Assembly: GCF_009914755.1 (NCBI RefSeq)
Contig: NC_060929.1
Direction: 5' to 3' (one strand)
Length of the DNA stretch: 64,000 nucleotides
Source of the DNA: the human T2T-CHM13v2.0 reference genome, Homo sapiens
Part shown: in pieces, positions 47,210-60,060 of the stretch
Numbering within the stretch: position 1 is the first letter of the stretch
Layout: each line of letters starts with the position of its first letter
Notes under the pieces: model-generated
Databases searched by the model: none
The model's input: the letters and a program-made list of their open reading frames with translations, nothing else
Told to the model about the DNA's origin: nothing
Program-made: the position numbers and the translations under genes

Positions 47210-47496
47210 GACTGCATGTGGTGGTTCACACCTGTCCCAGCACTTCAGGAGGCTAAGGTGGTGGATCACTTTAGGTCAGGAGTTTAAGACCAGCCTGACC
47301 AACATGGTGAAACCCCGTCTCTACTAAAATATAAAATTAGCCAGGCATGGAGGCATGTGCCTGGAATCCCAACTACTCAGGAGGCTGAGGCACAACAATC
47401 GCTTGAACCTGTGAGGTGGAGGTTGCAGTGAGTCGAGATCACACCACTGCACTCCAGTCTGGGTGATAGAGTGAGATGCGGTCTCAAAAACTAAAA
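47210..47496 (+). mobile_element. Alu
   Basis: 19-bp TSD AAGAATGAG(G/T)GCCCTTCAT at 47189-47207 and 47497-47515. Confidence 0.95.
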
Positions 47497-48476
47497 AAGA
47501 ATGAGTGCCCTTCATAAGGAAGTATTAATCTCCTTGTCTCTAGGCTACTAGAAATAGTTTCACAAATACACATCACAGTTTGTATATACCACCATTTCTA
47601 ATCTGATTTATTTCATACCAGGCTCTCACCTGGTTTTTAAGAGAATAAGGGATTGTGTGAATGAAGGATTAAATGAATGAATGTCTATTCCTTGATAAAG
47701 ACTTTATATGACATCAATTACTTTTCTGGCTAAGAGGTTTGTGAATACAGTATGAGCTCTTCAGTGGAAAGAAAATTAGGTCAGAGCTTCATTTCTCATG
47801 GGATGGAAGAATTAAGACTCATCAGTTAAAGAGAGAAAGACACAAGAGAAGCAAGGAGAAATGTAGGAGGCGTTCTGCCTGCAAGGAGCTCACGATCAAT
47901 ACAGAAGGTGAAATGTGTACATCAGTGAACATAATACAAGGCAAAATGTGACCTGTGTTAAAAGTAAATGAATAAATAAAGCACAGAAAGATTTAAACCA
48001 AGATTCCTGGGATCACAGCAAGGCGCCAGATGACTTCCAGCTACTGGAAGCAGGAAATGCCAACCCCTGAACTGGCTGTATTTTGATTAAAAGAGATTAG
48101 AAGGAAGGACTTTCTACAAAAAGGAAACTATGGAGATGCAGGGGTGGGAGAATGGGGGAGAACTGGCAGTTCATTCTGGTTGATTAAACAGTGGATACAC
48201 ACTAGCCAACTCCTGGCTAATCTTTATTTGGATTGGATAGTACATTATTGTGTTTTTCAAAAAAGACCAAATGTTATATGTGAATGCCCTAAGGGAGGAC
48301 AAGGGCTCCGTATCACTTATCATTCTCCACTGTCTGACATACCCACCCACCCACACATTCATGTTTCTTGCTGTCTTCACAGGTTTTAGGATGGGTGATC
48401 TCTGCACTAAAGCAGAGTGTCTTGGATCTTACTGGGGCTTAAGCTAGGGGGAAGAAATTACTCACTAAGAAATAAG

Positions 48477-49278
<802 letters not shown>

Positions 49279-49948
49279 AATAGATGAAAAACCCGGCTGA
49301 AGGTAGCTTGGGATCACAAAGAGAGCTTTAAATATCTTCATTAGCATTGTGAATTTAGTCTTGCAGGCAAATGGGAGCCACTGAAGGGTTTTTTTCTTTG
49401 TTTTGGGGAAGGTGTTTGTATTAGTCAGGGTTCTCTAGAGGGACAGAACTAATGGAATAGATATATATACATATAAAGGGGAGTTTATTAACTCACATGA
49501 TCACAAGGTCCCACAATAGGACATCTGCAGGCTGAGGAGAAAGGAGAGCCAGTCCAAGTTCCCAAACTGAAGAACTCAGAGTCCAGTGTTCGAGGGTAGG
49601 AAGCATCCAGCATGGGAGAAAGATGTAGGCTGAGAGGCTAGGCCAGTCTCTCTCTTTTCACACTTTTCTGCCTGCTTTTTATTCTAGCCATGCTGGCAGT
49701 TGGTTAGATTGTGCTCACTCAGATTAAGGGTGGGTCTGCCTTTCCCAGCCCACTGACTCAATTATTAACCTCCTTTGGCAACACCCTCACAGACACACCC
49801 AGGATCAATACTTTTTTTCCTTCATTCCAATCAAATTGACATTCAGTATTAACCATCACAAGCCCACCCCTTGTCAACTTGAACACATCTCCTGAAATCA
49901 TATATAATCTTCAAATAAAGACAATAATAAGGTCATAATTATGCCTAA

Positions 49949-50277
<329 letters not shown>

Positions 50278-50584
50278 CCAAATACTATTACATTAAATTA
50301 ACAATACTTAAATGCTGATGTGAAGTCAATAAATCTTATGTTACATGATAAAGGAGAAAGGAAATAAAATGAAGATATTTTCTGAGTACAAGCATATGCA
50401 TGAAAAAACATGTTTTTAACAAAAGAAGGGGAAAATATTCATCACAATTCCAATCCTCATTTCTGCAGCTGGTCACGTGATCATAGCTGATATTGATGAC
50501 TACTTTCTACTACCCATTCTGTATCCCCTTTGTCTTCAGCAAGCACCTCAGAAGGTCATGGCTTTTTTTTTCTGGTGGAGTGAC

Positions 50585-53500
50585 TCAAATCTTCATTCCT
50601 GAAGGATCTGGGTCATTTGTAGTCCTGCCTGGTTTGGGCTGTTGTAGTTTCCCATTGACCTTAATCACAGGGCATGGTAATACTAAGAGACACCCTAATG
50701 GACCTCTTGTAGTCCATGCATATTCTTCCTTACCTCCATTATGAAGTAGTAGACTGATTTCATCTTGATAGTCCAGATCAATTGTCCCATCCAACACTGT
50801 AACTCCCCTCTTAGCCTGTTGACTTAAAGGTAGGAGGAGCCCGAAGTGTCCAGGTGGCAATCTTAATTTCCAGTTTAATGGAATTGTTGTTGTGTCTCCT
50901 GGTGGCAGTGTTCCTCCCTCTGGAACTAAGACCTCTAGGCCAGCAGAATGTAATATCATGGGAACAGGAAGTAAAAATTTTCCTAGTGGATCACTAGAGG
51001 TGATGGTGAGTGGTGCCACTTCCACTTCCACCCCTTGATTCCTGGACCCGTGAATCCTGGCTATGGGAGAAACAGTACCATATATTGGATGCGAATTCAA
51101 AGTATACACAGCCTTCTGGAGAACTTTGCCCCAGCCCTGCAAAGTACTGTCACCCAGTTGGTATTGTAATTGTGACTTCAAAAGGCCATTCCACCGTTCT
51201 ATCAATCCAGCTGCTTCAGGGTGATGGGGAACATGGTAAGACCAGTGAATTCCAGGAGCATGAGCCCACTGCTGCACTTCTTTAGCTGTAAAGTAAGTGC
51301 CTTGCCAGACGCAATGCTGTGTGGAATACCATGACGGTGGATAAGGCATTCCATGAGTCCATGGATGGTAGTCTTGGCATAAGCATTGAGTGCAGGATAG
51401 GCAAACCCATATCCAGAGTGTCTATTCCAGTGAGGACAAACCTCTGCCCTTTCCATGATGGAAAAGGTCCAATATAATCAACCTGCTACCAGGTAGCAGC
51501 ACGAGGAATGGTGCCATATTGAGGGCTCAGTGTTGGTCTCTGCTGCTGGCAAATTGGGCACTCAGCAGCGGCTGTAGCCAGGTCAGCCTTGGTGAGTGGA
51601 AGTCCAAGCTGCTGAGCCCATGCATAACCTCCATCCCTACCACCATGGCCACTTTGTTCATGGGCCCATTGGGCAATGACAGGTGTGGCTGGGGAAAGAG
51701 GCTGAGTGATGTCCACAGAATGGGTCACCCTATCCGCTTGATTAAAATCCTCCTCTGCTGAGGTCATCCATTGGTGAGCACTCACATGGGATACAAATAT
51801 CTTCACAGTTTTTGACCACTCAGAGAGGTCCATCTACATAACTCTTCCCCAAATTTCTTTGTCACCAATTTTCCAATCATGCTTCTTCCAAGTCCCTGTC
51901 CATCCAGACAAACCATTGGCTACAGCCCATGAATCAGTATATAATCACACATCTGGCCAATTCTTCTTCCATGCAAATCCCACAACCAGGTGCACTGCTC
52001 AAAGTTCTGCCCACTGGGAAGATTTCCCTTCACCACTGTCCTTCAGGGATGTCCTAGAAAGAGGCTGTAGTACTGCAACTGAACACTTTTGGGGGGTGCC
52101 TGCATATCATGCAGAACCATCTGTGAACCAGGCCCTAGTCTTCTATTCCTCTGCCATCTGATCATAGGGAACTCCCCATGAAGCCAGCAGTGCAGGCTGG
52201 GGGAGAGATGGCAGGGTTGCAGGAGTGAAGACCGTAGGCATTTGAGCCACTTCCTCATGTAACTTACTTGTGCCTTCAGAACGTGCTCAAGCCCAATCAT
52301 GTATATACCCCTTCCATTTGACGATGGAATGCTGCCGTGCACTACCCACTTTATGGCTGGATGGGTCAGAAAGCACCCAGTTCATGATAGGCAGTTCAGG
52401 TCACATGTTGACATTCAATTTCCACCAAAGCCCAGTAACAGGCCAAGAGCTGTCTCTCAAGAAGAGAGTAGTAATCTGCAGAAGATGGCACGGCCTTGGC
52501 TCCAAAATCCTAAAGGCCTCTGCTATGATTCACCTAAGGGGGCCTGCCAAAGGCTCCAAACAGCATCCCTATCTGCCAGTGACACCTCAAGTACCATTGG
52601 ATCTGCTGGGTCATAGGGCCCAAGTGGCAGAGCAGCTTGCACAGCAGCCTGGACCTGTTGCAGAGCCTTCTCCTGTTCTGGAACCCACTTAAAACTGGCA
52701 GCCTTTCACATTACTCGATAAATGGGCTAGAGTAACACACTGTGATGAAAAATGTGTTGCCTCTAAAATCCAAATAGCCTCACTGGGTGTTGTGCCTTTC
52801 TTGGTTGTAGGAGGGGCCAAATGCAGCAACTTATTCTTCACCTTAGAAGGAATATCTTGACAGGTCCCACACCACTGGACCCCTAGAAATTTTACTTAGG
52901 TAGAAGTTCCCTGAATCTTATTCAGATTTATTTCACATACTCTGGCATGCAAACATCTCACCAATAAGTCCAGTGTGTCTGCTACTTCTTGTTCACTGGA
53001 TCCAATCAGTATAATGTCATCAATGTAATGAACAGTGTGATATCCTGCAGAAGCGAAAACCAATCAAGGTCTCTCCGAATAAGATTATGACACAAAGTTG
53101 GAGAGCTGATATACCCTAAGGTAGGACAGTAAAGGTATACTTGCCAGCTGAAGGCAAATTGCTTCTGGTGGGCCTTGTGGACAGGAATGGAGAAAAAGGC
53201 ATTTGCCAAGTCAATGGCTGCACACCAGGTACGAGGAGATGTGTTAATTTGCTCAAGCAATGAAACCACATCTGGTACAGTAGCTGCAAGAGGAGTCACC
53301 ACCTTGTTAAGCTTATGATAATCCACTGTCATTCTCCAAGATCTATCTGTCTTCTGCACAGGCCAATTGGGAGAGTTGAATAGGGATGTGGTGGGAATCA
53401 CCACCCCTGCATCTTTCAAGTCCTTGATGGTGGCACTAATCTCCGTAATCCCTCCAGGGATGTGATATTGTTTTTGATTTACTATTTTTCTAGGTAGAGG

Positions 53501-53932
53501 CAGTGCTAATGGCTTCCATTTGGCCTTTCCCACCATAATAGCCCTCACCCTACCAGTCAGGGCGCTAACATGGGTGTTCTGCCAGCTGCTAAGTATGTCT
53601 ATGCCAATTATGCATTTTGGCACTGGAGAAATGACCACAGGATGAGTCTGGGGACCCACTAGACCCACTGTAAGTCAGACCTGAGCTAAAACTCCATTAA
53701 TTACCTGATTTTCATAAACCCCTACTTTAACTGGGGGACCACAATGATGTTTTGGGTCCCCTGGAGTCAATGTCAGCTCAGAGCCAGTGTCTAGTAGTCC
53801 CCAAAATGTCCGATCATATCCCTTTCCCCAGTGCACAGTTGCCCTGGTAAAAGGCAGGAGGTCTCCTTGGGGAGGGATGGGAGAAAGATTCACTGCATAA
53901 ATTGTTGGTAGTGTAGTGGGGTCCTTTCTCAA
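50585..53932 (-). pseudogene. HERV-L pro-pol-dUTPase, disrupted
   Basis: LLDTGS protease, DLANAFFSIP and out-of-frame YIDD RT motifs, HxxxGH..CPIC integrase zinc finger, GLIERWNG, GTIDLDYQDEI dUTPase. Confidence 0.92.
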
Positions 53933-54067
53933 GGGGACCCAGTCTCCCCTTTATTCAAGGGGTTCTGGGTCTGTAAACTGGCTCAAGTCTGGAAATTGAT
54001 TGAGAGGCCGTGATTCTTTGTTTGTATAATTCAAATTAGTCTTTTGTCCATTCGACCTAGAAGGTTT

Positions 54068-55685
54068 CTACTTGTATAATTTAATTGGGAATGCAGTAGG
54101 CTTCCTATTGATATCACTTTTGGGAACACTGTGATTAATTAGCCAATGCCAGAGCTCTACACAAGTCAGACTATTCTGATCACCGCTTTGCCTCTGCTGT
54201 CCATTATGGTAGCTACTCCCACCTTGCCTTTGACAGTTGAGTGCTGCCACTTGGCCCCTGCCACCTTGGGATCCAATTATTCCCACTGTATTTAAATTTT
54301 GTAGTTGAGTGACTGCAGTTCCCACTGTTAGATCTGACACACAGAGAAGAGCAATTACAGGGCTCTTCAAAGATTCAGGTGATGCCCTCATAAATCAATT
54401 TCACAAGGCATTGGTCAAGGGTATATCTTCTGGACCCCCCACCCCTACCCCAAGCTGGGATGAGTAGGTCTAAATTGACTAATCCACTCCATCACCCCAA
54501 TCTCCCTAAGCCTTTGGATCCCTTCCTCTATATTAAACCAAGGGAGATCAGGCATTTCCAGCTCACTCACAGTGGGCCATCTTTTAATCCATATTTCAGC
54601 TAACCAAACAATTAGGACCTTTTTTAACTCCCCAAGCTGCAAAATTAAATGCAGAGTCCCTACTTATTGGGCCCAAATCAATAAATTCAGTCTGATCCAA
54701 CTCTGTGTTCCTTTTGCAATTATCCCACACCCTTAATATACATTCCCATGCCTGTTATCCAGATTTCTGTTATATAAGTTACAAAACTCAAGCAGTTCTT
54801 TTTGAGTGTAGTGTACCTCCTCATGGGTCACACTCTCAACCTCACCAATAGGGGCCTGCCAGGACTTTAGTTATAAGTCTAGAAGCAAATGGGGTGTTAG
54901 GGGTGGCTCCTGAGGAGAATCAACATTATCTTGCCTGCCAACTGCCTCAGGAGAGGCCATCACTGTACACTCAGGCAGCGCAGGATTTATCTTCTCAGAC
55001 AATGGAAAGGCTGACGGCAGCATGGGTCAGGGAGAGGATGTTGCCACTACTGGGGATGGGGAAGCTGTTCTTTCTGAAAAAAGAGGTTCATCAATGTGTA
55101 CTAACTCAGTGTCCAGCTTCATCAGGGTCCTCCCACATCCCCATTCCAAGTTGCAGGGTCCCATTCTTTTCCAATCAATGCCCTCATTTTAACAGTAGAC
55201 ACCTGGTGAGGCTGTGCATGCACCTTTTGTTGCAGGTCAGCCACTCGCATGATAAGAGCTTGTGTCTGTTTTTCCACAATTTCAACTCTTTCTCTACAGC
55301 TGATAAGACTCTCACTCAGGGCAATCTTAGCAGATCTGAGGCTCAGTATCTGCTTCTGAAGCCAGGAGATAGAATCCCTAAGTTCATCATTTTCTTTCAT
55401 CACTTTGTCTACAGAATTTAGGAGCAACCAACCAGCTTCACTATGTTCCTTGGTTCTCCACATATGCGCAAAGGCATTATGTATAGAGTCACTAAACTCC
55501 TCGCCTCTCATGTGCAATGAATCAGAAGTGTCAAATGCATTTATTTTGCATAACTCTCTAAACAGTTCATGCCAAGGATTATCCGTGTTCTCCATACTAT
55601 TAGAAGTAGAGTCCTTAGCATTTTGGGGTCTAATCATATTAAGCAGCCAACTCCAGAAACCCCAAAACCAACAAAAGAACTGCAT
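54068..55685 (-). pseudogene. HERV-L gag, disrupted
   Basis: ERV-L gag-like fragments (KVRALIGKEWDP-like, RWPTVSELEMP, EEGIQRLREIG). Confidence 0.88.
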
Positions 55686-55709
55686 CTTTAATATTCTCTT
55701 CCTCTAGAA

Positions 55710-55724
55710 CCACTCCTGGTACCA
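55710..55724 (-). promoter_or_regulatory. tRNA-Leu-type primer binding site
   Basis: TGGTACCAGGAGTGG just downstream of the 5' LTR. Confidence 0.8.
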
Positions 55725-56339
55725 AAATCTGTATTAGTCAGGGTTCTCTAGAGAGAGAGAAATAATAGCATATATATAAATGTCATATATATGTAATATA
55801 TATAGCACATATATATTACTTAATAAACTTAAATATATATAAACTTAAATATATATGTAAATATATAAATATATATAAACTTAAATATATATGTGTGTGT
55901 ATGTGTGTGTATATATATAGGGGAGTTTATTAACTCACACAATCACAAGGTCTCACAATAGGCCATCTGCAGGCTAAGGAGCAAGGAGAGCCAGTTCAAG
56001 TTCCAAAACTGAAGAACTTAGAGTCTGAAGTTTGAGGGCAGGAAACATCCAGCACTGGAGAAAGATGTAGGTTTGGAGCCTAGGCCAGTCTCTCTCTTTA
56101 CACATTTTTCTACCTGCTTTTTATTCTAGCCACGCTGGCAGCTGATTAGATGGTGCTCATCCAGAGGGGTGGGTTTGCCTTTCCCAGCCCACTGACTCAA
56201 ATGTTAATCTCCTTTGGTGACACTCTCACAGACACATCCAAGATCAATACTTTGTATCCTTCAATCCAATCAAGTTGAAACAGTATTAATCATCACAGTG
56301 TTTAAATATTAATAATTACTTTTTAGTAAACTGGAGCAA

Positions 56340-56465
56340 ACTATTTTCTAATCAGTTTTATTGAGATAAATTACATATAAAAGTACATACCCATTTGAAG
56401 TGTAAAGCTCAATGAGCTTTGACAAATGTATATATACATGTAACCACCATTACAATCAAGATATG
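56340..56465 (-). mobile_element. L1M 3' terminal fragment
   Basis: TTTATTGAGATAAATTACATA...ATGAGCTTTGACAAATG. Confidence 0.7.
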
Positions 56466-56501
56466 ATTTGAGTAGCAGAAAGTAAAATTTGGAATTTGTA
56501 C

Positions 56502-56657
56502 CTCCTGCTGTCTCTCCTATCCTCAATGTATACCCACTTCCAGTTTGCAAGTGCACTGGTCCTTCACTGAGGGACCCAGACCCCGAGTTCCAGCAAGGTC
56601 GAATAGTCCACAAACCAGTCCAGGTGTCAACAGTGATGGCATATTGAAATTCAAGGA
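56502..56657 (-). other. candidate internal exon (156 nt, phase 1-1)
   Basis: ctaag|...GAG|gtacaa; open frame LEFQYAITVDTWTGLWTIRPCW...GYTLRIGETAG. Confidence 0.25.
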
Positions 56658-57489
56658 CTTAGACATAGATATGATACATACACAAACAGTCTAAGGTCAG
56701 TCTTCAAATATCTACCTAGGTAATCATGTAGGTAACCATAATCAAATTGCAACTTTTTACTGGCTGAGGGAGGGCTGGAATTTGATCATCCATTCTTATT
56801 GACTGATAGCATATGATGCTGCTAACCATATCAACACATGAATTGATAATATCTATTTCATATTGCCACAACTTAAGCTATATCTTGTTGAAACTCCTGA
56901 AAACTACAGACATTCTTAAAAAAAAAAAAAAAAGGCTCCTATTACCCTCAGGGACTCTGGGAAATCAGCCCAATAGGATGATTTGCCAGGTCCTATAAAT
57001 ATTTACCAAGATGGCATTAGATAAAAGAAAGTTACAAAATAATTTGCATTGGGAGTTGTTACTTCAGCTGCATAAGCCTAAGACTCTACCACCCTAAAAT
57101 AAAGTAGCCTTTTTCTTTTTAAAGACAGACTACAAAAAATGTAACTCACTTTATAATAGTTTTCCTAATATTCTCAAGGTATCAAAACCCTCCAAATATA
57201 TTTTTAGGGTGTAAAATAAAATGGAAAAGAGGTACTATTCTTGGAGGCTATATATGGGGTCTTCCCTGTCTTCTGTCATGTACTTTCTTGTATTATTGTT
57301 AGTCAAGCAAATTACACCATTATATTACTTTTCGAATATAAGTTTTCTGCAAAAATATTTGTAAGCCTGTCATTGCATAATAATGATGATATTGGGGAGG
57401 AATAATATAATGATACACATGACTTTTTTCCAATATAGATGGTGAGTCTTCTAGCATTTACTTTAATATCTCTCATGTATTGAATGACA

Positions 57490-57640
57490 GTTGTACTTCA
57501 AGTTGTATAAGACACTTTATTTACATATATAATCTTATTAAGTCCTCCCAACAATCCTAAAACTGTGTTAATATCTATTTTTTTTACAAATGAGGAAACT
57601 GAGATGCACAGAAAGATAAGTGGCAGATCTGACTTCTGTC
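57490..57640 (-). mobile_element. MIR
   Basis: TTTTACAAATGAGGAAACTGAG core. Confidence 0.7.
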
Positions 57641-58937
57641 TTCCAAGAGTATGTTCCTTCCACTTCCTTGCCTCATTCAGGGATGTATTACTAGTTATCT
57701 TAATTTTTATAGTTCGTTAACTGTGCTTCAGCGTCTCATTTTGAAATATCTGGAGTGAAAGGTATGAGCTCTCTATTTTGCAAGGCAGAATCCCATCTTT
57801 TGTATTAGTAAGGTGTAGATCTTTAAGGAGGGGATGGACACCACCTCCCAGCTCCCCTGGACTTCTTGGCACCATTCTTCCCTCCAGTACATTTGCTCTC
57901 AGCTCCTTTCCTCCTTTACCTTCCAGTTACTACAGAGCCATACAAATCACCTATGACTATACCTGATCATCTTTTCTTTCCTTTTCAGTCTTATTAAGCA
58001 AATAGGTAGTTTTCACAAGAGCAAATCTGGAAAAATTTAACAATAATCGCAGAGACTGGCTGTAGTCTGCCACAGCCCTGGGTAATCAGCACATTTAACA
58101 ATCACTCTCATGAGATATCACTGAAAGGAAACCCGAGCTTTGTCTCCCACTCTCCCTTTAAAATTTACTTCCTCTGAATGAAATCCTCCATGTTGCATGA
58201 CTTTTCTGCTCACTCTTCTGAAATAGTCCTAGGGCACTTTATGTCACAAAACAGTCTCCATCCAGTAATGAGAATGCCCACTCCAATGTAACATACAAAA
58301 CTCTTTCTTTGATTGTTAATTTTTTTTTTTTCATCTCCTAGCAAGGCCAGGATTTAGGGGAGAGTGGTGGCTTTCTCTCTTTCTCTCTCTCTCTCCCCGC
58401 CCCTTTCTCTCAGTGTCTCCTCTCAAACCTGCTAAGCACAAACCTCAGGCCCCTAGGGTTGGAGGGCAGAAAGGAAAGGAGTACAGAAAGTTCTTTCTTC
58501 ACTGGTGTCATTCTAAAAAGTTTTGCACGATCAGGCATGGAAGATGTTTAAAACTGGTTCCCCCACAGGGACTACTGTGGGTTCTTTGGCAGTTCCCTTG
58601 ATAGGTTCCTCCTACTGCAACTCTGTTTGAGAAACCAGTTCTCTAACAGTTGAACAGTTTGCATTTTGATCTGCCTCACTAACTCCTTTTAATAGTTATC
58701 CTATCTCAGAGCCTCAGTCAAGATTTCCCATTTAACATTTGCCACCATGTTCATCCTGTATATTATGGATCGCCGTTTGTTTGGTGGCTATGAGTGCAGA
58801 CAATATTCCTTTTCAGCCAGTAAAACTATAAATGGAAAACATTAGCTGGCCTTTGTTACAGTACTGAAAACTTTTCTCATAATTAGTTTTCATTCAAAAT
58901 TTAATTTTAACTTCAACTTGAAAATGAGGTATACTAC

Positions 58938-59090
58938 CTCTTCTACAGGTAGTAATTCTTTTTTCAATTTGTTGTACATTTTGGTGGTTTTCAATAAATA
59001 GGCATTCTTAGCTCTGGTCATCCCATGCCTAAAATTGAAATCAATATTCTCCCCCAGCTGATGAAAATTTTCATCACGATTTACGTTTTT
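58938..59090 (-). other. candidate internal exon (153 nt, phase 0-0)
   Basis: Strong acceptor ctctttttcatttttacacag|, donor GAG|gtagta, single open frame KNVNRDENF...KELLPVEE. Confidence 0.35.
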
Positions 59091-59340
59091 CTGTGTAAAA
59101 ATGAAAAAGAGAGCGTGAATTAACATTCCTAATTCCCAGAAGGTATGCATTCTAACTGAAGATTACCCTGTACCATTTTTAGTCCATATCATTCATGTTG
59201 TTGATGGACACAATACAGATTCACTGTAGTCATGCGTTTTTAAATAACAGTAGCATGTTAATTGTTAAACATCCTAGTCCTTTTTTCTGTCTCTCATTCC
59301 ACCCTCAGGATCATATCAGACATTCTTATGGCAACTACAC

Positions 59341-59486
59341 CAGCATGGCAAAGACTAGAGTGAGGGAGTAAGGTATCCAGGACACAAAATTTAAGGAGGC
59401 ACTCACTCTCATGGTCATACAAGCTAAGTGCCCCTTCAATTTTGCACCCTTGGTGCCTCACTCATCTCACATTAGTCCTATGCCTG
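59341..59486. mobile_element. MER96-like palindromic hAT MITE
   Basis: GACTAGAGTGAG...CAAAATTTAAGGAGGCACT / AGTGCCCCTTCAATTTTG...CTCACATTAGTC inverted arms. Confidence 0.7.
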
Positions 59487-59809
59487 GGTATCAGACCTGC
59501 ATTGCTTCACATTCATCCAATAATATTCTTGAGTACCTTCTGTGGACCAAACAGTGTTCTTGGTGCTGGATGTCCAGAAGAGGAGCAATCAGTTACAAAT
59601 TCCTGCTCTCAGTATTGGATAACAATTAAGTGTTGTGCTATGGAGAAAGAGAAAGCAAAGAAGGAGAAAAAGGATGTGCCAGGGTGGGGTCGGGGTTGTC
59701 AACCAAAACAGTGTTCAGGGGAAATCCTCACTGAGAAGTCAACATTTGGGCAAAGAACTGAAGGAGGTGAAATGTTTTTGAAAACTTGACGAAGTGTTCA
59801 CAAAATGTT

Positions 59810-60060
59810 AATGAATTTGCTACCAGTAATTTGTAATAAATAAATTTCATGTAACTATCTGACTTCTCTTGACAAATCCGAAGACCTGGCAAGACAGAGC
59901 CACATTTCTGTATGACAACAACTAGATGGAGCTGAGGGAGGCTCTCCACTTTAAACCAAGCCAGGGCCTTTATATTGGGCAAGGGTTCTCCAGTTCCCAA
60001 AGTCTCCCTCTCCCTGCCTCACTCAATTTCATCACTTGTTTATTCCCTGTAGACCCTTGA
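59810..60060 (-). mobile_element. MER102-like hAT element
   Basis: TTTCATGTAA...CTTCTCTTGACAAATCCGAAGACCTGGCAA...GGAGCTGAG. Confidence 0.5.

Noticed and set aside
58560-58826. Minus-strand exon following 58938-59090
   Set aside because: Plausible acceptor, but all three frames hit stops within about 20 codons
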